From Campylobacterales bacterium (GTDB taxonomy: Bacteria; Campylobacterota; Campylobacteria; Campylobacterales; QNZT01): a stretch of DNA of 64,000 bases. Shown here one piece after another: positions 46,332 through 54,148 of this stretch (position 1 is the stretch's first letter; each line of letters opens with the position of its first letter). The stretch covers positions 55,142 to 119,141 of the forward strand of contig JALVVN010000006.1 of assembly GCA_027023405.1 (NCBI GenBank). The letters are read 5' to 3'. The translations under genes were made by a program, and so were the position numbers. Under the pieces are notes generated by a model. That model saw nothing but the letters and a program-made list of their open reading frames with translations. It was not told where the DNA came from and made no database searches.

Positions 46332-47141
46332 CTGATCCCTCTCTTGCAATATCGACGATGCAACCAATGAGAGCAACACATACCCGATAAAAAAGTAGCT
46401 TCCTGCCTCCAACCCCAATGCAGTATGGATATCTTGATTGGTGGTAAAAAAGACCACCATCAGTGCTACAATAAAGACATCTGCCATCGACCATTTGCCT
46501 ATCTTTTCAATCCAGTGTAGCCATTTTTTGTTTCCATTGACCTCTTTGAGAATCGCATATGTCAAGATCACCAATGTCTTAAAAAGCGGGATCAGCACAG
46601 AGAAGAGTAGTACAATAGTACCGATGAGATAGTTTCCCTTCGAAAAGAGCCTGTGCAGTGTAGAGAGGATCGTTTTGTACTCAAAAGAGAGCGTCACTTC
46701 ACCTAAGATAGGGACAGATTGATAGACATGGATCATCACCAAAGGTGAAATGAGCGCAAAGATAAGACTCACCAAAGTCACCAAAGAGAGAAAAAGGAGC
46801 GCCAAAGCGTGATCAATGAGCCAAAAAATCCCTAGAAAAAGGATGATGATACCAAAAAAATAATAGAGAGATTGACGACTCAACTGATGCGCTCTCTCTG
46901 CTTTATACTCGAGATGATCGATATAGCGTTTATCCATCGAGTAATCATCATAGAGACCCATCGTAAGTTTTTCAAACACTTTATCGAGTTTGCTTTGAAT
47001 ACTCTGATCGACTCCTCTATCTTGGCTCAACTCTTTTTGTACAGAGATATAGAGATTGGATTGTTTGTAGGATTGATAGGCAAAAAATGCTAATAGTGTT
47101 AAAACGATACAAAATAGTAATGAGATAAGAGCCTTGCGCAT
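46317..47141 (-). CDS. Orphan PqiA-domain membrane protein lacking the zinc ribbon
   Basis: The C-terminal half carries the PqiA-type motif (IGKWSMADVFIVALMVVFF) and flanking TM helices. The N-terminal 100 aa have one TM plus a soluble region and no Cys4 motif. An AAGGAG Shine-Dalgarno precedes the ATG. Confidence 0.6.
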   Translation of the reverse strand: MRKALISLLFCIVLTLLAFFAYQSYKQSNLYISVQKELSQDRGVDQSIQSKLDKVFEKLTMGLYDDYSMDKRYIDHLEYKAERAHQLSRQSLYYFFGIIILFLGIFWLIDHALALLFLSLVTLVSLIFALISPLVMIHVYQSVPILGEVTLSFEYKTILSTLHRLFSKGNYLIGTIVLLFSVLIPLFKTLVILTYAILKEVNGNKKWLHWIEKIGKWSMADVFIVALMVVFFTTNQDIHTALGLEAGSYFFIGYVLLSLVASSILQERDQLPDP

Positions 47142-47164
47142 CGTGCTCCTTTGCGTAGTCGTCT

Positions 47165-47180
47165 GGGGGGGGAAGCCCCC
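47165..47180. repeat. Homopolymeric G8 tract (C8 on the coding strand) forming a GGGGG-aag-CCCCC hairpin
   Basis: gggggggg (47165-47172), aag, ccccc (47176-47180). It lies between the rpsI stop (47201) and the Shine-Dalgarno/ATG of the 47141 gene. Confidence 0.8.
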
Positions 47181-47200
47181 AAACAGCGTAAAGATATCGA

Positions 47201-47590
47201 CTATCTTTTTGAGAATTGTGGGCTTCTTCTCGCCTTTTTCTTTCCGTATTTCTTTCTCTCGACGACTCTTGAGTCTCGTGTGAGAAGACCCTCAGGCTTC
47301 AAGATCGCTCTAAAGTTTGTATCGTAAATTGCAAGTGCTTTAGAGATACCGTGTCGAAGTGCATCCGCCTGTGCTGAAACACCGCCACCCAAAGTCACAG
47401 CGATAATATCGACCGCTTCGTTTTGTTTTGTCAAATGGAGTGGTTGCATCACTCTCTTTTTGACCAAATCCAAACCGCCGAGCCACTCATCAAGACTCTG
47501 ACCGTTGATCGCCATTTTACCGCTTCCGGGCTTGAGCCATACCTTTGCTATGGCTGTCTTTCTCTTTCCTGTTGCATACACTTTTGACAT
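47201..47590 (-). CDS. rpsI: 30S ribosomal protein S9
   Basis: It begins [15 protein letters not shown] and ends with the C-terminal [12 protein letters not shown]; length is 129 aa. Confidence 0.97.
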   Translation of the reverse strand: MSKVYATGKRKTAIAKVWLKPGSGKMAINGQSLDEWLGGLDLVKKRVMQPLHLTKQNEAVDIIAVTLGGGVSAQADALRHGISKALAIYDTNFRAILKPEGLLTRDSRVVERKKYGKKKARRSPQFSKR

Positions 47591-48018
47591 TATTTACTAC
47601 CTTTTTTAATTTGTGCTGTGTGAGGGTGCTCGCTACCCGCATAGACTTTAAGTTTTTTTAGCATCTCTTTACCAAGTTTATTCTTCGGAAGCATACCTCT
47701 TGCGCCCAATTTAAAGAGTTTCGCAGGGTTCTCCTCCAAAAGCTCACCGAACTTTTTGCTTTTTGTACTACCGAAATAACCTGAGTGTGTATGGTAGAGC
47801 TTATCGGTCAATTTTGCACCTGTCACCTCAACTTTATCCGCATTGATAATCACAACAAAATCACCGCAATCTACATTGGGTGTATAGCTAGGCTTATGCT
47901 TTCCGCGAAGCAGTGTCGCCGCTTCTGTCAACACACGACCAAATTTCTTTCCGCTCGCATCTATGACATGCCACTCTCTCTCAACCTCGTTGGCTTTTAT
48001 CATCTTTGTAAATTTCAT
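47590..48018 (-). CDS. rplM: 50S ribosomal protein L13
   Basis: Motifs [27 protein letters not shown] and [11 protein letters not shown]. Its stop overlaps the rpsI start (TAATG). Confidence 0.97.
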   Translation of the reverse strand: MKFTKMIKANEVEREWHVIDASGKKFGRVLTEAATLLRGKHKPSYTPNVDCGDFVVIINADKVEVTGAKLTDKLYHTHSGYFGSTKSKKFGELLEENPAKLFKLGARGMLPKNKLGKEMLKKLKVYAGSEHPHTAQIKKGSK

Positions 48019-48048
48019 CTTTTAAGACCTTTATGTTAAATAAGGGTA

Positions 48049-48240
48049 GATCTTACAATAGATAGCACTCACAATGGATTTGCAATCGTAAGGTTGTGCA
48101 AAATTGCGTTTGCAAAACCCATCCTGTGGGCATCTCTAGCTTTCCTCTATGCATCGTTACACTTTCTCAACTTAACTACAAATGTGCCACGCCTAGATAA
48201 AAGCTAGAGATATTGTGAGAGCCATCTATTGTAAGATCTG
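48049..48240. repeat. 192-nt nested inverted-repeat element immediately upstream of rplM
   Basis: The outer arms 48049-48076 and 48213-48240 pair at 26 of 28 positions (agatcttacaatagat...tcacaat). The inner perfect 12-bp stem is atctctagcttt (48133-48144) / aaagctagagat (48201-48212). A further hairpin pairs ggatttgcaa with ttgcaaaacc within 48077-48122. Confidence 0.7.
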
Positions 48241-48295
48241 CCCTTGGACGCGGAGTATAGTGAAGTATTGCTTAACTTTTACTTAATTTAAGATG

Positions 48296-48334
48296 ACTAT
48301 AAGCAAACAATTTGATTTTGTTTGCTTATAGTCC
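48296..48334 (-). terminator. Perfect 16-bp stem-loop downstream of the carbonic anhydrase gene (possible terminator/insulator)
   Basis: gactataagcaaacaa (48296-48311) pairs with ttgtttgcttatagtc (48319-48334) across a 7-nt loop. No clear U-tract follows on either strand. Confidence 0.4.
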
Positions 48335-48414
48335 CATCTCATCACTGAAATGAAAAAGGGGGAGGGAGCATTCACACACCGGTGAAAACCGGCGCATAAA
48401 GTATCTACAAACGA

Positions 48415-49191
48415 CTACTCGATCACTTCTCTTGCATTCAACGGCTGAACCGGACGATTATTGTCATGTTGCATTATGTGGTGAAATTTTTCGATCTGCT
48501 CTTTGGATGCTGTCACAGGAGTCTTGAGAACAAACCATCGCACCCCTTCGCTACACGGCGGTGTCGTCAATGACCCGTTGAAGCGATAGTAGTGTTTATC
48601 CGCCGGTAACAGAGCATTGGCGATACCTTGGATCACGAGTGGATTTTTCGCCCCCTCTTTCGTCGGCATCGCTTGCCATACTTGCTCAAGCGCAGGATTT
48701 TTCGCTCCCTCTTGAAACATCACGGCAATAACTGCCAAATCACCCTCTTTGTCTTTTGTCACAAAGTGCGCTTCCATTGGGAAGGATTGACCGTTGATGT
48801 GATTTTCACTGGGAGAGTGAAAATGAAACTGCTTCAACTCAAAAGTTTTTCCGTCAATCTGAAAAGTCGATCCTCCCTGCATCTCAACCTCGATCGTATG
48901 ACCGTTATCGACAATATCTTCAGATGCCGATTGAAAATTGGGTTGAAGCGGTGGTAATCCTGCATGTAGAGAATTCGTAATATCGATAGGAGATTGATTC
49001 ATCCCCACACCGCACTCACGAAATTTAGGAGAGAGATTTCCCTAAGTATCAGGCGTATTATGTCCGGTATATCCCCAATGTGCTTTAAGTGCACTCTTTG
49101 CCGTATGTGCCGTTTCATTCACCGCACTACTAACACATCCACTCAATCCAAATACAACACTTAACGCTAACAAACTGATTCTTATTTTCAT
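48415..49191 (-). pseudogene. Lipoprotein alpha-carbonic anhydrase with an in-frame TAG at codon 50
   Basis: The ATG at 49191 opens MKIRISLLALSVVFGLSGC (lipobox) ...AHWGYTGHNTPDT-TAG(49044-49042)-GNLSPKFRECGVGMNQSPIDI.... This is in the same frame as track ORF 48415-49008, which carries QFHFHSPSENHINGQSFPMEAHFV and GSLTTPPCSEGVRWFV. The stop sits where alpha-CAs have the conserved Trp (HW-G-x-L). Confidence 0.8.
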
Positions 49192-49213
49192 CTATTTCCT
49201 CCTTTATGAAAAT

Positions 49214-49765
49214 TTACGCTTTCTTCAAAAATTTGCTCAACAATACAATCCGTACGCCGTTGACGCGTCCTTCAATCTGCTCCGGATTGTCTGTCAAGGC
49301 GATATTTTTGACGACGGTTCCCCGCTTAGCGGTAAATCCCGCACCTTTAACCTCCAAATCCTTGATAATCGTGACGCTATCGCCCGCATTGAGAATCGTG
49401 CCGTTAGAGTCTCGGGTCGGTTCACTGTTTTCACTACTCTGCCCTGCTTCCACCCACGCTTTTTCATCCTCTTCGAGATACATCATATCGAGCATCTCTT
49501 GATTTCCCAAGCGCTTCAAAAGCCGATAGGAGAGCACTTTGACCGCCGGTACTTCACTCCACATGCTGTCGTTAAGACAGTGCCAGTGACTCTCGTCCAT
49601 CTCAGCGCTTCCCTCTACTTGAGGCTTACACACACCACAAAGCAATACCGCCTGATCGGCACTCCCGTCACTCGGCGCCACTTCATAAGCGCTAAGATCT
49701 TCACTACTTCCGCAGAGTTCACACTTATTGCCCGATCTCTGCTCTAAACTCACTAAAAGACTCAT
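49214..49765 (-). CDS. PhnA/YjdM-domain zinc-ribbon protein
   Basis: It has an N-terminal Cys-pair motif (CELCGS...CGVC). The C-terminal domain (DSNGTILNAGDSVTIIKDLEVKG...VKNIALTDNPEQIEGRVNG...LLSKFLKK) closely parallels E. coli PhnA/YjdM. Confidence 0.82.
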   Translation of the reverse strand: MSLLVSLEQRSGNKCELCGSSEDLSAYEVAPSDGSADQAVLLCGVCKPQVEGSAEMDESHWHCLNDSMWSEVPAVKVLSYRLLKRLGNQEMLDMMYLEEDEKAWVEAGQSSENSEPTRDSNGTILNAGDSVTIIKDLEVKGAGFTAKRGTVVKNIALTDNPEQIEGRVNGVRIVLLSKFLKKA

Positions 49766-49905
49766 TCTAATTAACCTTTCAAATTTGGATCATACTATTT
49801 TAGCTAAAGTAGGTAAAATAAAGACTATAAAACTCTCGCTAAGGGGCGAAGCTTTAGTGAGAGGAATTTTCAAGGAGCTTTGCTTCTTGAAAAGGAGACA
49901 TTTAT

Positions 49906-50925
49906 ATGAACATACTCGTATCCGCCCTCGAACCCTCTGCCAATCTCCATCTCCAAGCACTCCTCCCGCATCTCAAGGCTCCGATCTCCGGAATTTTCGA
50001 CAAGCGTTTCGGCGATCCGATCTACGATACGAGAGACTTTTCGGTGATGGGATTTAGCGATGTACTCCCCAAGATCAACCTCGCCCAAAAAGCGATCAAA
50101 GAGATGGTCGATCTAAGCGCCTCTTGCCAAAGCGTACTGCTCATCGATGCCCCCTCTTTCAATCTCCGCCTCGCCAAAGCGATCAAAGCGCGCTACCCCG
50201 ACAAGCCCATCACCTACTATATCCTTCCCAAAGTGTGGGCATGGAAAAAGGGGCGTGTCAAAGCGGTAGAGCGCTACTGCGATCATCTCGCGTCGATCTT
50301 CCCCTTTGAAGATCAATTTTATCACCGATCTCTCTATGTCGGCAACCCTCTTTTGGATGAGATTACAACCTTTCGAGATCCTAATCGCCACTATGATAGG
50401 GTAGCGTTTTTGCCCGGTAGTCGTGTCGGAGAAGTCAAACGCCTAATGCCGATCTACCGCCAAATCGCCAAAGAGATCAAGGGGCGCAAGGTGCTTCTTA
50501 TTCCCCCTTTTCTCAAAGGAGAGGATATCAAGGAGACCTACGGGGATATCAGCGATTTTGATATCTCCTATGTGATGCAGGAGACCCTTGCGCATAGCGA
50601 CTTTGCCTTTATCTGTTCGGGCACTGCCACACTGGAGGCGGCGATCATCGGAACCCCTTTTGTGCTTGCCTACAAAGCCAAACCGATCGACTATCAGATC
50701 GCCAAACGATTTGTCAAGCTCCCCTATGTCGGCTTGGCAAACCTCATCTTTCACTTTGCACAAAAAGCACCGCTTCACGAAGAGTTTCTACAGAATGAAG
50801 TCACCTCACACAATCTGTTAAATGCCTACACACACTGCGATACTGCGCATTTTCACCGTGCGAGTTTGGAGCTTCGATCGATGCTCAAACACGGCAGTGC
50901 AAAAAATGTAGCAAATTTGCTATAA
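49906..50925 (+). CDS. lpxB: Lipid-A-disaccharide synthase
   Basis: Motifs ILVSALEPSANLH, YYILPKVWAWKKGR, FLPGSR and CSGTATLEAAIIGTPFVLAYK. Confidence 0.88.
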   Translation: MNILVSALEPSANLHLQALLPHLKAPISGIFDKRFGDPIYDTRDFSVMGFSDVLPKINLAQKAIKEMVDLSASCQSVLLIDAPSFNLRLAKAIKARYPDKPITYYILPKVWAWKKGRVKAVERYCDHLASIFPFEDQFYHRSLYVGNPLLDEITTFRDPNRHYDRVAFLPGSRVGEVKRLMPIYRQIAKEIKGRKVLLIPPFLKGEDIKETYGDISDFDISYVMQETLAHSDFAFICSGTATLEAAIIGTPFVLAYKAKPIDYQIAKRFVKLPYVGLANLIFHFAQKAPLHEEFLQNEVTSHNLLNAYTHCDTAHFHRASLELRSMLKHGSAKNVANLL

Positions 50926-50926
50926 T
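50918..50926 (+). promoter_or_regulatory. Extended -10 element (TGcTATAAT) for greA overlapping the lpxB stop codon
   Basis: The sequence atTTGcTATAATc lies at 50918-50926. The greA ATG is 38 nt downstream, preceded by GAGGAAAA. Confidence 0.4.
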
Positions 50927-50963
50927 CAACGAAACAAAATTTCACAACAGAGGAAAATAGTAG

Positions 50964-51452
50964 ATGCAAAAACAGCCTATCACAAGTTACGGTTTTAGAA
51001 AATTGGGAGATGAGCTTCATGATCTCAAGATGGTGCAACGCCCCAAAACGGTTGAAGAGATCGATATCGCACGAAGTCACGGGGATCTCAAAGAGAATGC
51101 CGAATATCACGCCGCGAGAGAGAAGCTTCGCTTTATCGAAAAGCGGATGGCGGAGTTGGCTGAACTCTACGACAACTCTCAAGAGATCGATCCCTCCAAA
51201 CTTCCACACGATCGTGTCTCATTCGGTTCGACAGTGACTTTAGAGGATTTGGAGACGGGAGAGAAGCTCACCTATACGATCGTCGGTACCTATGAAAGTG
51301 ATCCCGATAAAAAACTCATCTCCAACCAAACACCGCTTGCCAAAGCGCTTATGGGAAAAGAGGAGGGAGATGAAGTGACGGTACGACTCCCCGGTGGTGA
51401 AAAGGAGTTTGAGATTCTCGATATCTGCTATAAGGAAATCTGTTTTGATTAA
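50964..51452 (+). CDS. greA: Transcription elongation factor GreA
   Basis: Motifs PITSYGFRKLGDEL, GDLKENAEYHAARE and YTIVGTYESDP; length is 162 aa. Confidence 0.95.
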   Translation: MQKQPITSYGFRKLGDELHDLKMVQRPKTVEEIDIARSHGDLKENAEYHAAREKLRFIEKRMAELAELYDNSQEIDPSKLPHDRVSFGSTVTLEDLETGEKLTYTIVGTYESDPDKKLISNQTPLAKALMGKEEGDEVTVRLPGGEKEFEILDICYKEICFD

Positions 51453-52452
51453 TGTCGCGATCATCGGAGCGAGTGGCTATACGGGATTAGAGCTGATCAA
51501 AATCCTGCACAACCATCCTAAATTTCAGATTAGCTATATCGCCACCAGTGAGGGTGGAGAGGATCTGGTAGCACTTCACCCTTCATTACATACTATTCTT
51601 ACCATGGAAGTCTCCAAAGCAGATGCCAAGGAGATCGCAAAAGTCGCCGATCTTGCATTCTTGGCACTTCCACACAAAGCGTCGATGGGATTTGCAAAGC
51701 ACCTCTTGAAGTTAGGCGTCAAAGTGGTTGATCTCTCTGCCGATTATCGCTTAGAATTGGAGACTTATGAGGCACACTACTGCGAACATGAAGATAAAGA
51801 GCATCTGAATGAGGCGGTCTATGGATTGCCTGAATTTTACAAAGAGCAGATCAAAAAGAGCTCTCTCGTCGCCAATCCCGGCTGCTACCCTACCGCAACA
51901 CTTCTTGCCCTACTCCCGCTCTCACCCTATATCGATGAGCGTTTCCCTATCTTTATCGATGCCAAGAGCGGTGTATCTGGCGCGGGTAAAAAGTGCACGC
52001 ACAATACCCACTTTGTTACCATTAATGAAAATATTTTTGCCTACAATCCCCTCCTCCACCGTCATCAGCCGGAGATCGCCGAAAAACTGCGCCACTACAA
52101 TCAAAAAGAGTACGATATCAATTTTGTGCCACACCTCATCCCCGCCACCAGAGGAGAGCTAATCGACACTTACGCACTTTTAAAAGAGGAGATCGATCCG
52201 CTGGAAGTTTTGCGTGACTTTTACCGCAAAAGCCCCTTTGTGCGACTCTTTGATAAGCCTGTCAATATCAAATCTTGCGCGGGGACAAACTTTTGTGATA
52301 TCTTCGCCAAGCGGGTCGATAAAAAACTCTATCTCAACTCCAGCGTGGACAATATCCTCCGCGGTGCCTCCTCTCAAGCGGTCGTCAATGCCAATTTGAT
52401 GTGCGGTTTGGATGAAGAACTCGGTATCCCTACGATCGCTTATGTTCCATGA
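51445..52452 (+). CDS. argC: N-acetyl-gamma-glutamyl-phosphate reductase
   Basis: Motifs INVAIIGASGYTGLELIKIL, active-site NPGCYPTA and GASSQAVVNANLM. The true start is probably the TTG at 51445 overlapping the greA stop; the track ORF begins at 51394 inside greA. Confidence 0.9.
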   Translation: MINVAIIGASGYTGLELIKILHNHPKFQISYIATSEGGEDLVALHPSLHTILTMEVSKADAKEIAKVADLAFLALPHKASMGFAKHLLKLGVKVVDLSADYRLELETYEAHYCEHEDKEHLNEAVYGLPEFYKEQIKKSSLVANPGCYPTATLLALLPLSPYIDERFPIFIDAKSGVSGAGKKCTHNTHFVTINENIFAYNPLLHRHQPEIAEKLRHYNQKEYDINFVPHLIPATRGELIDTYALLKEEIDPLEVLRDFYRKSPFVRLFDKPVNIKSCAGTNFCDIFAKRVDKKLYLNSSVDNILRGASSQAVVNANLMCGLDEELGIPTIAYVP

Positions 52453-53180
52453 TAGAGATTCAAGAGGGGGCGATCTTTGTCGCCGATGCCCACTACCAAA
52501 AGGGGCATCGTGAGGATTTTTTTTATTTTCTACGCAAAATTGAAACGGGTGAGATTGAAACTACCCAACTGATCCTAATGGGAGATTGCTTCGATCTGCT
52601 AGTGGGAAATATCTCTCATACTGTTGAACAAAACCGTCCCGTCATCAATCTGCTCAATACGCTTTCTCATCAGATAGAGATCATCTATATCGAAGGCAAT
52701 CACGATTTTTACCTCTCTCCCCTCTTTCCGAATATCCATATCGTACCTATCGCCAAACAACCGATGAAGATGCTTTTTAAACACCATAAAATTGCGCTAG
52801 CGCACGGTGACAATACGATCGAGTTCTCCTATCGGTTCTACACTGCCTTCATACGAAACCCCTTTTTGCTCCATCTGCTTAATCAAATCAACAATCTCGG
52901 TAATCATTTCATCACAAAAAAAATTTTAGCCCAACAAAAATTAAAAAGATTTTGCAAAAAAAAGAGTGATTTTGAGCGATACGCTAAACAAAAACTCAAA
53001 AATTACGATATTGCTACTAACAGATTCGATCTCATCTGTGAAGGGCACTATCATCTTGATAGGGATTATCGCTTTGAGAGCGTTAGATACAAGTTTTTTA
53101 TCTCATATGCTTGTGATAAAAGCTACTATCAAATTCAAACCCACTCAGAGGAGGTCGTATTTAATCACCTAAAGGATTGA
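52449..53180 (+). CDS. Calcineurin-like metallophosphoesterase, LpxH-like (UDP-2,3-diacylglucosamine diphosphatase candidate)
   Basis: It has the metallophosphoesterase motifs FVADAHY, MGDCFDL, EGNHDF and AHGD. It overlaps the argC stop (ATGA). Confidence 0.6.
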   Translation: MIEIQEGAIFVADAHYQKGHREDFFYFLRKIETGEIETTQLILMGDCFDLLVGNISHTVEQNRPVINLLNTLSHQIEIIYIEGNHDFYLSPLFPNIHIVPIAKQPMKMLFKHHKIALAHGDNTIEFSYRFYTAFIRNPFLLHLLNQINNLGNHFITKKILAQQKLKRFCKKKSDFERYAKQKLKNYDIATNRFDLICEGHYHLDRDYRFESVRYKFFISYACDKSYYQIQTHSEEVVFNHLKD

Positions 53181-53182
53181 AT

Positions 53183-54136
53183 ATGGTTGATGACAACAGA
53201 CTGAAAGTCGGCTCCAATGAGATGGAGTTGGTTGATTTTAGACTCTTTAAAGAGACCGAAAATGGTGTCTATGAAGGCATCTACGGCGTAAATGTCGCGA
53301 AAGTAAGAGAGATTATCAAATTTCCGAAACTCACACAACTCCCCGGAGCACCCGATTTTATCGATGGCATCTTTGATCTTCGCGGTGTCGTTGTACCGGT
53401 GATTAATCTTGCCTCCTATATGAACATCCAACAACCCCACGATATCCAACAGCGCATTGTCATCGCTGAATTTAACAATCTGATGATCGGTTTTACCGTA
53501 CATGAAGCAAGACGCATTCGCCGTATTAGTTGGGAGGATATTGAGCCGGCTACCTTCTCCACCAACAATGAAAACTTTGAGAGCACAAAAATCACCGGTG
53601 TGACCAAAATCGAGAATGATGAAGTCCTACTTATCCTTGATCTTGAAAGCATTATTGAAGAGCTAGGCTTTTATCACCCCGATACAGAGATTGAGAGTGG
53701 AGCAGTTGAAACATTCAACGGTACGGCATTAATTTTAGACGATAGTCCGAGTGCGAGAAAAATCGTCAAAAATGCAGTGGAAAAGATGGGGCTCAATGCA
53801 GTAGAGGCAACAGATGGTATGATGGGACTTCAAAAGCTTGAAGAACTCTATTCTCTCTTTGAAGAACGCATCGCAGAAGAGCTCAAAGTTATTGTCTCTG
53901 ATGTAGAAATGCCTCAAATGGACGGATTTCACTTTGCCTCCAAAGTAAAATCAGATGAACGATTTAAAGATATCCCTCTACTCTTTAACTCCTCTATCTC
54001 CGATCACTTTAGTGATATTCGTGGCAGTGAGGCGGGTGCTGATGCCTACTTAACAAAATTCAATGCCAATGAATTTTATACCAAAGTCGCCAACGCAATA
54101 AAAAATAAAACCGACAAACTCCCACAATCGGTATAG
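53183..54136 (+). CDS. cheV: Chemotaxis protein CheV (CheW-like domain + receiver)
   Basis: It has an N-terminal CheW-like domain (ELVDFRLF...YGVNVAKVREI...GIFDLRGVVVPVINL) and a C-terminal REC domain (LILDDSPSARK, SDVEMPQMDG, LTKF). The ATG at 53183 is 7 nt after AAAGGA. Confidence 0.9.
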   Translation: MVDDNRLKVGSNEMELVDFRLFKETENGVYEGIYGVNVAKVREIIKFPKLTQLPGAPDFIDGIFDLRGVVVPVINLASYMNIQQPHDIQQRIVIAEFNNLMIGFTVHEARRIRRISWEDIEPATFSTNNENFESTKITGVTKIENDEVLLILDLESIIEELGFYHPDTEIESGAVETFNGTALILDDSPSARKIVKNAVEKMGLNAVEATDGMMGLQKLEELYSLFEERIAEELKVIVSDVEMPQMDGFHFASKVKSDERFKDIPLLFNSSISDHFSDIRGSEAGADAYLTKFNANEFYTKVANAIKNKTDKLPQSV

Positions 54137-54148
54137 AAGGATAGAGAA

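Noticed and set aside
48049-48240. RNase P RNA or SRP (4.5S) RNA assignment for the structured element upstream of rplM.
   Set aside because: It is too short for RNase P and lacks the GAGGAAAGTCCGGGC box (only gaggaaagcta is present). It has no SRP domain IV motif (GGAAGCAGCC-like). 6S-like RNA remains possible but unproven.
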